Shown: positions 18,605 to 28,275 of the stretch, one piece after another
Layout: every line of letters starts with the position of its first letter
Numbering within the stretch: position 1 is the stretch's first letter
Source: an uncultured bacterium
GTDB lineage: Bacteria > Abyssobacteria > SURF-5
Reading direction: 5' to 3'
DNA length: 64,000 nucleotides
Assembly: GCA_964607485.1 (NCBI GenBank)
Contig: CAZSKP010000016.1
Location: forward strand, 1 to 64,000
Program-made: the position numbers and the translations under genes
The notes under the pieces: generated by a model
What the model saw: only the letters and a program-made list of their open reading frames with translations
Database searches by the model: none
What the model was told of the DNA's origin: nothing

Positions 18605-18621
18605 TCGGCACAAAAAATGCC
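18605..18621 (+). promoter_or_regulatory. Putative sigma54 promoter
   Basis: TCGGCACAAAAAATGCC = GG-N10-GC about 85 nt upstream of the VWA gene. Confidence 0.55.
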
Positions 18622-18706
18622 ATAATATGTGTGTTCCCAAGTAGATTGAGGAACAGCAAGGCGCGGCAGGGCAACTATCGCCGAGAAATTCTCGAGGCGA
18701 CATCGG

Positions 18707-21115
18707 GTGAATCGTATGAGCTGCACTAGTGCCGGCAGGCGCTCCCGTCAGATTCTTGTTGGTTTCCTTGCGGCATTCCTGCTCGTTCTTACGAGCACGG
18801 GCGTGTATGCCGCCGCGAAGGGCCGTGAGCTGATAGTGGTCATCGACGTGAGCACCAGCATGGCCGACATTTTCGAGACGGCGAGGTCGGAGGCAAAGCA
18901 ATTCATCTCGTCCGCGCAATTGGGCGACAGGGTCACCCTCATAACGTTCGGTGAGTCATCACACCTCCTCGAACGCGCGCGCATAAAGTCCTCATACGAT
19001 ATAGCAAGGATTTTGTCGAAGATAGAGGAGCTCGAGCCGACGGAGTATGCCAGCAATCTGCCGCTTGGAATGGAGCGCGGTCTGAAGGAGATGCAGCAGT
19101 TCTACGAAGACCACCCCGAAGGGCAGAGGGTGCTCCTGTGGCTCAGCGACGACAAGAACAATCCGCCCAAGGATATCCCGAACCTCATCACGTTTAGCAC
19201 CCTGAAACAGAGGGAGGCCGATCGGCTGCCCGACCACAACTGGTTTGTGTTTGAGGCTCCCATCGAGCCCGAGGCCGAATCGGACGTGAAGTGGTTTGTC
19301 GATTGGGCCACGCGAACGAAGATGCAACTGAGAGTCACACCTCTCAGCGACGATCTGGGAACTATTTTCGCTTCGACAACGGAAGGCGAGTTCCGCGTTC
19401 GTTTCGAACCGGACACGCAGGCCGTATGGGGGACATCGTTTTCGGTCGTCGCCGAAGTGAAGGAGCTCAGCGGTAGAAACTATTCGGCCACGGTTCCCGT
19501 CACTCCCCCGATAATCGTTTGTGGAGGCAGGACGTGGGACCAGACCTTTCATGTTGCGCTGCCCGACAGGCCCGGCGAGTATGAGTGCAGGATAAGCTTT
19601 GTCTTGCCCTCCGACAAGCTGCTCGAAATCTCGCCGCCGCAGGCGATAATGAGGGCAAGGGTTCAGCCGGAAATGGAAACCGTCGGAACCCGGGTCGCCG
19701 CCGTCGACGAGATCGTTTCGGAAGATTCGGAAGGTCGTGAGAGGCCGTCGCGGAAGAGGCCCGCCACCCGAACGGCGTTCTCGCCGGAAATTCGCGGCAA
19801 GTTGGGCGAAGGGGCGAGGCGGCCGGGAACGACAAGCAATTTGGTGTTCGGCCCGATAGTCGCCGGTGGTCAATACCGCGAGAGCATATCGCTGTTCCCG
19901 AGCAAGAACATTCCGCTCGAATCGATACACATGAAAACCAATTTCGAGCTTCCCGACGGACTTGAGCTTCAACCCAGCTATGCCGTATCGGAGGGCACGC
20001 TGGTCGCCGACCTCTGTCTGACCGCGGGGGACAACCCCAAGCTCAGCGACGGCTGGGAGATGAGGGGTACTATCTTCTTCCTTTCCAATGAGAATGGCGT
20101 AAGCATCAATCCGGGCAAGATTCAAGCAAGGTTCTACAGCAAGAATGTCATGGCGCGCTGGGGCAGACGCGAGCTTGCCGCGACCGGAGCCTACGAACAA
20201 TTCGCCAACATCGTGGGAGGCGCGATATCTTACGCCCTAACGGCCGTGAAGGTGCTCATGGTGATTCTGGCCGTGTGGCTTGTGTACCGGCTTGTGATAA
20301 GATACGCCTTTGCCTCCACAGAGCTTGTGGGGACGCTCGAAATCGTCAAGTGTCCCGCCGACCGCAAGAAGAGACTCTTCAATCTGCCGCGGCTGGGCAG
20401 GCTCAAGAGAACCGGCTCCATCACGATCGGAAGCAGCGGCAAGGCCGACATCGTGCTGGCCCATCCCTCCGTCGCCGACATACACGCGAAAATAACGACG
20501 GCCCGTACCGATGCCGGTGTCATAGTCTTCGTGCAGCCGGTCCCGCTCAAGCACATTTTGGTCAACGACGTCGCATACAGCCGCCAGAAGGAGATCGGCG
20601 ACCAGGACATCCTAGGCATCGGCGAATTCGCGCTGCTCTATGCGCGGCCGGAGCTCTACAGAGAAACAATCGTCCGCTTCGCCGACGGCAGGGCCGTCAG
20701 GGGCTCGCTCGTCTCGTGGGACATTGATTCCACCAGCTTCGAGTTCCTTCCCAAGGGCGCGCCGTCTTTGGACACGAGGATGCTCGTCGAGTTCTCCGAG
20801 CTGAAGACGGTCTCCTTCATTCGGAAGGAGGCGCGTTTCTCCGCCAGCCGCTTCCTCGGCTCCGAAAATCTCAGCGCGGGGCGTCCCGTCGAGATATTCT
20901 TCAAAGACGGGGAACTGCTCGAAGGCTCGATCGTGGGCGAGAGCGGGGAGTGGAGCAAGCGATTCTACCTCATCCCAAAAGAACGCGGAGAGGCCGCCCT
21001 GATACTGGTGGAACACTCGGCCGTGCAAAACATATTCCCGCGTGAGGTGTCGAAGGAGCCGCTGTTCCGCATCCGCCGTGCGCTCCGAAGTCTCACAGGT
21101 CAGACTCGGCATTGA
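18707..21115 (+). CDS. Signal peptide-VWA-TM-FHA-like-DUF6982-like multidomain membrane protein
   Basis: DVSTSM MIDAS, LSD; TM near aa 510-530; ITIG...DIVL.HPSV..HA FHA-like; two F.DG...G repeats at C-terminus. Confidence 0.75.
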   Translation: MNRMSCTSAGRRSRQILVGFLAAFLLVLTSTGVYAAAKGRELIVVIDVSTSMADIFETARSEAKQFISSAQLGDRVTLITFGESSHLLERARIKSSYDIARILSKIEELEPTEYASNLPLGMERGLKEMQQFYEDHPEGQRVLLWLSDDKNNPPKDIPNLITFSTLKQREADRLPDHNWFVFEAPIEPEAESDVKWFVDWATRTKMQLRVTPLSDDLGTIFASTTEGEFRVRFEPDTQAVWGTSFSVVAEVKELSGRNYSATVPVTPPIIVCGGRTWDQTFHVALPDRPGEYECRISFVLPSDKLLEISPPQAIMRARVQPEMETVGTRVAAVDEIVSEDSEGRERPSRKRPATRTAFSPEIRGKLGEGARRPGTTSNLVFGPIVAGGQYRESISLFPSKNIPLESIHMKTNFELPDGLELQPSYAVSEGTLVADLCLTAGDNPKLSDGWEMRGTIFFLSNENGVSINPGKIQARFYSKNVMARWGRRELAATGAYEQFANIVGGAISYALTAVKVLMVILAVWLVYRLVIRYAFASTELVGTLEIVKCPADRKKRLFNLPRLGRLKRTGSITIGSSGKADIVLAHPSVADIHAKITTARTDAGVIVFVQPVPLKHILVNDVAYSRQKEIGDQDILGIGEFALLYARPELYRETIVRFADGRAVRGSLVSWDIDSTSFEFLPKGAPSLDTRMLVEFSELKTVSFIRKEARFSASRFLGSENLSAGRPVEIFFKDGELLEGSIVGESGEWSKRFYLIPKERGEAALILVEHSAVQNIFPREVSKEPLFRIRRALRSLTGQTRH

Positions 21116-21193
21116 GGACAAAGACCCGGAGCGCTGAGAGCCCTACCCTTCCCCTTTTGCTCAGGGTCGTGTAATGTGCTGTAATCGAAGCTA

Positions 21194-21360
21194 GGTTTTT
21201 GCTCGGCAACCTTATCAGAAATGTCATTCTGAGGAGCGACGGGTCGCAGACCCGGGCGACGAAGAATCTCTTATTTTCACGCGAGTTTACGCTTGTCACT
21301 AGGAGATTCTTCGCTTCCCTCAGAATGACAAATCGGCAATTGCCTTTTGGGCGACACGCC
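21194..21360. mobile_element. MITE-like cruciform element, CATTCTGAG variant
   Basis: TGTCATTCTGAG..CGAAGAATCT..AGATTCTTCG..CTCAGAATGACA core (21222-21330); right end TTTGGGCGACACGCC resembles family TIR; outer bounds approximate. Confidence 0.6.
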
Positions 21361-21421
21361 GGTATAATCTTACGAATTCCCCTAATCGAACCGGAGGGAC
21401 GCCGCCTTTTTCGGAGACGCC

Positions 21422-22726
21422 ATGGACGCAGACGAACAGAAGCGCTATCGCAAAACCATAAACGCATGGTGCATGTATGACTGGGCAAACTCGGCGTTCG
21501 CAACGACGATTCTCGCCGCCGTCTTTCCGATCTATTACGGCACCGTGGCGGGAGCGACGCTTCCGGGCAACCTTGCGACCGTCTATTGGGGCTACACTGC
21601 GTCGGCGGCGCTGTTGACAATCGCCGTCTTCGCTCCCGTGCTGGGGGCGATAGCCGACCATACGGGATCGAAGAAGAAGTTTCTCATGACGCTCGTTGCT
21701 CTTGGCGTCGTGTTCACCGGCATGCTGGCCGGGGTCGGTCGGGGCGATTGGCGCTCGGCATCGTTCTTCTTCATCCTGGGCTACATCGGATTCGCCGGGA
21801 GCATCATATTCTATGAATCGCTTCTGCCGCACATTTGCGGCCCGAACGACATCGACCACGTTTCTTCCAAGGGGTATGCCGTCGGCTACCTCGGCGGCGG
21901 ATTGCTCCTCGCGGTGAACCTTGCCTGGATACTCAAGCCCAAGATGTTCCTCATGGACAACGCCGAGGTCGCATCCCGAATCTCTTTCCTGAGCGTCAGC
22001 ATATGGTGGGCCGTTTTCTCCATTCCGCTTTTCCGGCATGTCTCCGAACCGGCGACCGTCGAGCTCTCCGCGGAACAGATCAACCCGGTTCGGGCGGGAT
22101 TTCAAAGGCTCGCCCGCACGTTCAGCGAGGTTCGCAAGTATAGGGAACTCACGAAATTCATCGTGGCCTTCTGGCTCTACAGCGACGGCATAGGCACCAT
22201 CATAAAGATGGCGACGATATACGGCACCGAGATAGGCATCGGCAGGTCGACCCTCATCGGCGCGATTCTGGTCGTGCAGTTCGTCGGCATTCCGTGCACG
22301 ATGGCGTTCAGCCGGGTGGCGGGGCTGCTCGGCACGAAGCGTGCCATCTTTCTCACGCTGGGAATCTATTGTGTTGCGGCCGTGGGCGGATATTTCATGA
22401 CAACGGCCTGGCACTTCTGGGCGCTGGCGCTGCTGGTGGCCACCGCGCAGGGCGGGGCCCAGGCGCTCAGCCGTTCGCTCTTCGGTCGGATGGTTCCGAA
22501 GGCGAAGTCGGCGGAGTTCTTCGGATTCTACAGTGTGAGCAGCAAGTTCGCCGGCATCTTCGGGCCGTTTCTCTTTGCTGTGGTCGGCCAGTTGACGGGG
22601 ACCAGCCGGCTCAGCATCCTCTCACTGATCTTCTTTTTCGTCGTGGGGGGAATCCTGCTCTCGCGGGTGAATGTTGAAGAGGGCGTCAGGGTCGCCGCCG
22701 CCGAGCCGCCTCCGACGCTGGGATAG
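21422..22726 (+). CDS. MFS transporter, UMF1/ATG22-like family
   Basis: WCMYDWANSAF, GAIAD, SRSLF...EFFGFY motifs. Confidence 0.92.
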   Translation: MDADEQKRYRKTINAWCMYDWANSAFATTILAAVFPIYYGTVAGATLPGNLATVYWGYTASAALLTIAVFAPVLGAIADHTGSKKKFLMTLVALGVVFTGMLAGVGRGDWRSASFFFILGYIGFAGSIIFYESLLPHICGPNDIDHVSSKGYAVGYLGGGLLLAVNLAWILKPKMFLMDNAEVASRISFLSVSIWWAVFSIPLFRHVSEPATVELSAEQINPVRAGFQRLARTFSEVRKYRELTKFIVAFWLYSDGIGTIIKMATIYGTEIGIGRSTLIGAILVVQFVGIPCTMAFSRVAGLLGTKRAIFLTLGIYCVAAVGGYFMTTAWHFWALALLVATAQGGAQALSRSLFGRMVPKAKSAEFFGFYSVSSKFAGIFGPFLFAVVGQLTGTSRLSILSLIFFFVVGGILLSRVNVEEGVRVAAAEPPPTLG

Positions 22727-22750
22727 GCGAGAGGCCTTCCGAGATTTCGC

Positions 22751-23350
22751 TCAGCCGCCGGCTTCGCGCGACCTGCGCGCGACTTCCACCATCTGTCCGA
22801 GCGCGCTCAGCAGGTCGCGTTCGGTGAGGCTGTCGAGCGGGTGGAGAAACGCGACCCAGACGACGTGGTTGTTCAGGCAGAAGCGGACGTCCCCCGTAGC
22901 AAGATAGTCGGCCTTGAGCAATTTCTGCAGCAGCTCGACCTCGTTGAAGTCCGGATCGCTGCGAAGCAGGTCCAGTCTCGTAAGAGGGGTCACAAGGCGG
23001 ATTCGGTTGTGTTCGGAATCGATGAGCAGGAATATCTGCATTCCCTCATAGAGAAACTGCCACCGGCCCACCTCGCCTTGAAGCGTGATGCCGCGCTTGC
23101 CGAGTATGTCCGCAACCTTTTCGGGGGTCATCCCGGCGGCGCTCGCGTCTGCGGTGGGCGGCTGCGCCGACGGCTCCTCTTTCGCCCCGGACGGCGTGGC
23201 GGCGTCCTGTTCAGGAGCAAGCAGCGTGTTGTAGATGATGTGGGTCTTCTCGGGCGGCAGGGGCTTCTGGTCGGAACCCGTTTCCGCGCTCGCGGCGATG
23301 GGAGACGCCAACAGAACACCTGCGATGAGCAGCAACCGGCACAATCTCAT
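22751..23350 (-). CDS. Exported protein with YbjN/CesT-like domain
   Basis: Signal peptide; NRIRLVTP, LLKADY, FLHPLDSLT pattern. Confidence 0.65.
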   Translation of the reverse strand: MRLCRLLLIAGVLLASPIAASAETGSDQKPLPPEKTHIIYNTLLAPEQDAATPSGAKEEPSAQPPTADASAAGMTPEKVADILGKRGITLQGEVGRWQFLYEGMQIFLLIDSEHNRIRLVTPLTRLDLLRSDPDFNEVELLQKLLKADYLATGDVRFCLNNHVVWVAFLHPLDSLTERDLLSALGQMVEVARRSREAGG

Positions 23351-23390
23351 CTCTCATTCTCCTTGTGCAATCTCTTTGAACTCCGGCGGG

Positions 23391-24545
23391 TCATGCGAGC
23401 GCCGACATCTTCCTGAGCCGCTGGACGATTTCAGGAAGAACTTCGGCGACATAATCCACGTCTTCGCGCGTGTTTTCCACTCCGAGTGAGAATCTCAGCG
23501 AGCCGTGGGCGATCTCGTGAGACAGGCCGATGGCCAGGAGCACGTGCGAGGGGTCGAGCGAGCCGGAGGTGCACGCCGAGCCGCTCGATACGGCCACTCC
23601 CTTCATGTCGAGCATCATGATCATCGACTCGCCCTCGACGTATCGGAAGCACATGTTCAGGGTGTTCGGCAGCCGATCGGTCGGATGTCCGTTGACGACG
23701 GTATCCTCGATGCGCTCGACGAGCTCGTTCTGAAGACGGTCGCGCAGCTCGACGAGCTTTCGGTAATTTTCCTCCATCGATTTCTTCGCGAGGTCGCAGG
23801 CCTTGCCCATCCCGACGATGCCCGGCACGTTCTCGGTGCCCGCGCGTCGGTTCGATTCGTGGTGTCCGCCGTGTTGGAGGGGGAAGAGGCGGGTTCCCTT
23901 CCTAATATATAGCGCGCCGACTCCTTTGGGTCCGTAAATCTTATGGCCCGACATCGACATCAGTGTCGGGTTCGACTTCGACACATCGATGGGTATTTTG
24001 CCGCTGGTCTGCACGGCATCCGTGTGGAAATAAACGCCCTTCTCGGCGGCGATCCTGCTGATCTCGTCGATGTCCTGGATGGTGCCTATTTCATTGTTGC
24101 CGTGCATGATTGAAATCAGGGTCGTGTCCTTGCGAATCGAGTCGCGCAGTTGGTCGAGGTCTACCTTTCCATACTTGTCCACCTTGAGGTAGGTGACCTC
24201 GAATCCTCGTTTTTCGAGAAACTGGCAGGTATTCAGGACGGCGTGATGTTCTATCTGCGACGTGATGATATGCTTGCCCTTCTTCTCGTTCGCGTACGCG
24301 ACTCCCTTTATCGCGAAATTGTCCGACTCCGTGCCGCCGCTCGTGAAGACGATGTTTGCTGGCTCCGCTCCGAAGAGGTTCGCCACTTGCTCGCGCGCTT
24401 TCGACACAGCCTCATGCGCCTCGCGCCCGAAGCTGTGAACGCTCGAGGCGTTGCCGAACTTCTGCTCAAAATAGGGGAGCATGGCCTTGAGGACATCCGG
24501 GTTCATCGGTGTGGTGGCGTTGTGGTCAAGGTATATTCGTTTCAT
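23391..24545 (-). CDS. nifS: Cysteine desulfurase NifS/IscS
   Basis: YLDHNATT, TSGGTES, SGHKIYGPKG, SSGSACTS. Confidence 0.96.
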   Translation of the reverse strand: MKRIYLDHNATTPMNPDVLKAMLPYFEQKFGNASSVHSFGREAHEAVSKAREQVANLFGAEPANIVFTSGGTESDNFAIKGVAYANEKKGKHIITSQIEHHAVLNTCQFLEKRGFEVTYLKVDKYGKVDLDQLRDSIRKDTTLISIMHGNNEIGTIQDIDEISRIAAEKGVYFHTDAVQTSGKIPIDVSKSNPTLMSMSGHKIYGPKGVGALYIRKGTRLFPLQHGGHHESNRRAGTENVPGIVGMGKACDLAKKSMEENYRKLVELRDRLQNELVERIEDTVVNGHPTDRLPNTLNMCFRYVEGESMIMMLDMKGVAVSSGSACTSGSLDPSHVLLAIGLSHEIAHGSLRFSLGVENTREDVDYVAEVLPEIVQRLRKMSALA

Positions 24546-24781
24546 TCCGTGTGTTCCCCACAGTACCGAAGCTTCAGCAAGTCAGTTGAATCGCGCTGCG
24601 ATACCGCCGAGGTCGCGCTCGCGGGCCGCAGCTACTTTCCTCTCTACTTATATATTGTCCAGCCGGTTCAGATCCGGCTATGCCCCGGTGAACGTTCCAG
24701 CCCCGAAACCCGTCCAATAGCGTGTCGGAAAGGAATGTGCGGCGTTGTCCGGATATATCATCGCCGACGCCTCCGGACGAA

Positions 24782-26224
24782 TCAGGATATTTCCATCGTC
24801 CGCCAGAACGTCCCGTCGGGCGTGTCTTCGAGAGTGATGCCGAGGTCGGCCAGGCGGGCGCGGATGGAGTCGGCGAGTTCGTAGTCCTTGCGTGCGCGGG
24901 CTTCGGCGCGCATGGTTATCAGCAGATCGAGAAGCTTTCCGCTGATCTCGGAATCGGCGCGAGACGCGGTCTGCTGAAACAGCCCGATTACCGCCCCCAG
25001 CCTGCGCGTTTCCTCGACGATGGACCGGAGCTCGTCGGGCTTGCATTTCCATGCCTCGGGTCCGTCGAGAATCTTGTTCAGGTTCCGTATCATATCGAAA
25101 AACGCCGCCATGGCTTTGGGCGTATTGAAGTCATCGTCCATCGCCTCTTCGAATTCGGCCGTGAGCTTCTCGCGCAGACCTTCGAGCGACACCTCATCCG
25201 AAGCCGGCTTCCCCGCCTTCTTCTCCAGCAGGCGGGCCTGGCGCTCGGCCTTGTCGAGCGCGGTATAAACCCTCTTGAGCGCCGATTCGGATTCCACAAG
25301 AGAATCTTCGCTGAAATCGAGCGGCCTGCGGTAGTGAGACGAGAGGAGGAAATGACGAATGACCTCGGGGCCGCTCGCCTTCAGCAGTTCCCGGACGAGC
25401 GTGATGTTGCCGATCGATTTCGACATCTTCTGCCCGCTGATGTTCAGGTAGCCGTTGTGCAGCCACACTTTCGCGAAGCCCTTTCCCGTGGCCGCGCGGC
25501 TCTGGGCGATTTCGTTCTCATGATGGGGGAAGATGAGGTCGTGGCCGCCGCAGTGGATGTCGAAGTCTTCGCCCAGATACTTGCTCGACATGACGGAGCA
25601 CTCGATGTGCCATCCCGGCCTGCCTTTTCCCCATGGGCTGTCCCAGCTCGGCTCGCCGGGCTTGGCGGACTTCCACAGCGCGAAATCGAGCGGGTGACGA
25701 CGCCGTGGGTCAACCTCAATGCGCACGCCCTCCATCAGCTCGTCGAGGTTCTGGTGCGAGAGCTGTCCGTAATCCTCGAACTTCGAGATGTCGTAGAAAA
25801 CGTCTCCGTCCACGACGTAGGCGAAGCCCTTATCGAGCAGTTTCTCGATGAACGAGACCATCTCGGCGATGAGGTCGGTCGCGCGGGGATGATAATCGGC
25901 GCGGTATATGCCCAGCGCGTCGGCGTCCTCGAAGTAGTGGCGGATGTATTTCTCGGCCACCTGCGACGCCGCGACTCCCTCCTCGTTGGCCTTGTTGATG
26001 ATCTTATCGTCCACGTCCGTCAGGTTCTGCACATACTTGACCGCGTATCCCCTGTATTGAAGGTAGCGGCGGACGACGTCGAAGAGCACGAAGGCGCGGG
26101 CGTTGCCGATGTGGATGAAATTGTAAACCGTCGGCCCGCACGTGTAGATGCCGACCCTGCCCGGCTCGATGGGCTCGAGCGGCTCTTTCCTGCGGGTCAA
26201 GGTGTTGTAGACCATCACGGGCAT
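24782..26224 (-). CDS. cysS: Cysteine--tRNA ligase
   Basis: CGPTVY, HIGN, GRPGWHIEC, KMSKS. Confidence 0.97.
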   Translation of the reverse strand: MPVMVYNTLTRRKEPLEPIEPGRVGIYTCGPTVYNFIHIGNARAFVLFDVVRRYLQYRGYAVKYVQNLTDVDDKIINKANEEGVAASQVAEKYIRHYFEDADALGIYRADYHPRATDLIAEMVSFIEKLLDKGFAYVVDGDVFYDISKFEDYGQLSHQNLDELMEGVRIEVDPRRRHPLDFALWKSAKPGEPSWDSPWGKGRPGWHIECSVMSSKYLGEDFDIHCGGHDLIFPHHENEIAQSRAATGKGFAKVWLHNGYLNISGQKMSKSIGNITLVRELLKASGPEVIRHFLLSSHYRRPLDFSEDSLVESESALKRVYTALDKAERQARLLEKKAGKPASDEVSLEGLREKLTAEFEEAMDDDFNTPKAMAAFFDMIRNLNKILDGPEAWKCKPDELRSIVEETRRLGAVIGLFQQTASRADSEISGKLLDLLITMRAEARARKDYELADSIRARLADLGITLEDTPDGTFWRTMEIS

Positions 26225-26403
26225 GAAAGCCTCCACGGTGGAAAGCAAGCGGGAAGCACCCCGGGCGGAAAAGCCTGCATCCTTCGCTCTACTGAGACGC
26301 GAAGCTTGCGAAGGCGGTCGCCGACTGTATATATACTATCCCGATTCCGCCCATTCCGCCAGTCAGGCGCGGAGCCGGGCGGTTCTTGAGGACGAGGTTG
26401 ACG

Positions 26404-26793
26404 CTACTGAATCTCGACGGTCGCGCCGACTTCGGCGAGCTTCGCCTTGATTTTTTCGGCCTCTTCCTTGGAAGCGCCTTCCTTGATCATCTTCGGAGCC
26501 TCGTCAACGACGGCCTTTGCCTCTTTCAGGCCGAGCCCCGTCAGCGCGCGAACCTCTTTGATGACCTTGATTTTTTCCGATCCGACCTCCTTCAGAAGCA
26601 CGTTGAATTCGGTCTTCTCCTCGGCCTCCGCCGCACCGGCCTCCGCCGTTGCCGCCGGGCCCGCAGCCACCGCCACCGGCGCGGCGGCGCTCACGCCGAA
26701 CTTGTCTTCGAGCTTCTTCACCAGCTCGGACAACTCGAGCACGGTCATCTCCTCGATTGCGCTCAGAATCTGATCCATATCCAGTTTCGCCAT
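26404..26793 (-). CDS. rplL: 50S ribosomal protein L7/L12
   Basis: [39 protein letters not shown]. Confidence 0.98.
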   Translation of the reverse strand: MAKLDMDQILSAIEEMTVLELSELVKKLEDKFGVSAAAPVAVAAGPAATAEAGAAEAEEKTEFNVLLKEVGSEKIKVIKEVRALTGLGLKEAKAVVDEAPKMIKEGASKEEAEKIKAKLAEVGATVEIQ

Positions 26794-26831
26794 GTTCCCG
26801 ATTCCTCCTTGATTATTTGCGGAAACGCTGC

Positions 26832-27350
26832 CTATGCCGCTTCCTTTCGTTTGCGCAGGTCCTCAAGCGCGTACACCAGCTTCCGGACTGGTCCGCTCAG
26901 CACGGTGACCAATCCCGATATGGGCGCATTCATCTGGCCCAACAGTTGTGCCAACAGTATTTCCCTCGGGGGCAGGTTGGCGATTGCCCGCACCTGTCCC
27001 GCATCGACCAGCTTGCCGTTCAGGATGGCGCATTTTATCTTCATGTTGGGATTCGACTTCATGAAGTCCGCGAGCACTTTTGCGGGCGCCACCGGGTCGT
27101 TCGAGAACGCGTAGCCGGTCGGTCCCTCGATGAATTCCAGTATGCTCTCCAGCCCGCTCTTCTTCGTGGCGATGCGGGCAAGCGTGTTCTTGAAGACGCG
27201 GTAATCGACCGACGCCTTCCTGAACTGGTCCCTGAGGTACGTCATGGCCTCGACGTTGAGGCCCGTGTAATCCGTGAGGATCGACACCTGACTCTGCGAG
27301 AGTCGTTCCGACAGTTCCTCAACCAATTTCTCTTTATCCGGCCTTGGCAT
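26832..27350 (-). CDS. rplJ: 50S ribosomal protein L10
   Basis: [29 protein letters not shown]. Confidence 0.97.
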   Translation of the reverse strand: MPRPDKEKLVEELSERLSQSQVSILTDYTGLNVEAMTYLRDQFRKASVDYRVFKNTLARIATKKSGLESILEFIEGPTGYAFSNDPVAPAKVLADFMKSNPNMKIKCAILNGKLVDAGQVRAIANLPPREILLAQLLGQMNAPISGLVTVLSGPVRKLVYALEDLRKRKEAA

Positions 27351-27420
27351 CTCACTCGCTCCTTACAACCATTCCGCGCTTTCGTTCTTCGCCGGAACAA
27401 TCCGGCTCATGAACACAGAA

Positions 27421-27565
27421 ACAAAAAACCTCCGCCGCATTCGACGACAGAGGTTGATTCTCGGCAAGTGCTTCCTTACCCCTTGCCGGCGTCTCGGAAG
27501 GCGAAGTTTAAGTCCCTCGAAGGGACGCCCTCTGTCTCAGACGAATGGACCGCTTGGGGTCTGCA
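27421..27565 (-). ncRNA. L10 ribosomal-protein leader with attenuator terminator
   Basis: CTGAGACAGAGGGCG-hairpin-CTTAAA..CCTTCCGAG core like L10 leader; terminator ACCTCTGTCGT/GCGGCGGAGGT+TTTTT at 27421-27455. Confidence 0.7.
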
Positions 27566-27572
27566 AGGAAAA

Positions 27573-27601
27573 AGGATAGCAGAATTATTCCTGTTTGTCA
27601 A
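27573..27601 (-). promoter_or_regulatory. Sigma70 promoter of rplJL overlapping the DUF502 stop
   Basis: TTGACA-N17-TATCCT with TGn extension. Confidence 0.75.
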
Positions 27602-28265
27602 GCTGTTTTGACGCGGAAGCGATTTCGGGCGGATAGGAGGGCGTGACCACCCCGCCCGAGATGACCAGCTTGAGCCCGTCCTCGGTCGTCATGTCGAGGT
27701 AGATGAGGTCTTCGCGCGGGACGAATATCAGGACGCCCGAGGTGGGGTTGGGGGTCGTCGGCACAAACACGCATACCATCTGCTTGGCCGTCTTATGTTG
27801 CACTTCGCCTTCGGCCTCGGAGGTGACGAAACCGATGCTGTGCACGCCCTTGCGCGGATATTCGACGAGAACGACCTTGTTGAAAATGGAGCGTTGCGAG
27901 CCGATGAACGCCGTGCTTATCTGCTGCACCGCCTTGTATATCCTGTTGGCGAAGGGTATCCGGGCCATTATCCTCTCGCCAAACGAGATCAAGCGCTTGC
28001 CGATGAGATTGGTGGCGAAGATGCCCACCAGTATGATGACCGAGAAAAACAGGATGACGCCGACGCCGGGAATCCGCGAGAAGGGCTCAACGAGGACCCT
28101 CTTCGCAAGCCCGTCTATGAACGCAAACAGGTTCCACAGCACCCAGATGGTGACGACGGCCGGGAGTATCACGACTATGCCGGTGATGAGATACCGGCGC
28201 AGGTGAACGAGAAGCGAGCGCAGCAACCTAAACCTCTTTCCTGTCGCCTGTTCTTCGGTATCCAA
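27585..28265 (-). CDS. DUF502 domain membrane protein
   Basis: LVEYPRKG, FVPTTPNPTSG, LVISGG; TTG start after AAGGAG. Confidence 0.92.
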   Translation of the reverse strand: MDTEEQATGKRFRLLRSLLVHLRRYLITGIVVILPAVVTIWVLWNLFAFIDGLAKRVLVEPFSRIPGVGVILFFSVIILVGIFATNLIGKRLISFGERIMARIPFANRIYKAVQQISTAFIGSQRSIFNKVVLVEYPRKGVHSIGFVTSEAEGEVQHKTAKQMVCVFVPTTPNPTSGVLIFVPREDLIYLDMTTEDGLKLVISGGVVTPSYPPEIASASKQLDKQE

Positions 28266-28275
28266 TGAGTTCTCC

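Noticed and set aside
24722-26389. 555-aa plus-strand ORF opposite cysS (similar long antisense ORFs at 31127-32515, 41274-42674, 52551-53900, 54805-56238, 60344-62065)
   Set aside because: Shadow frames of well-supported genes in GC-rich DNA; no recognisable motifs or RBS.
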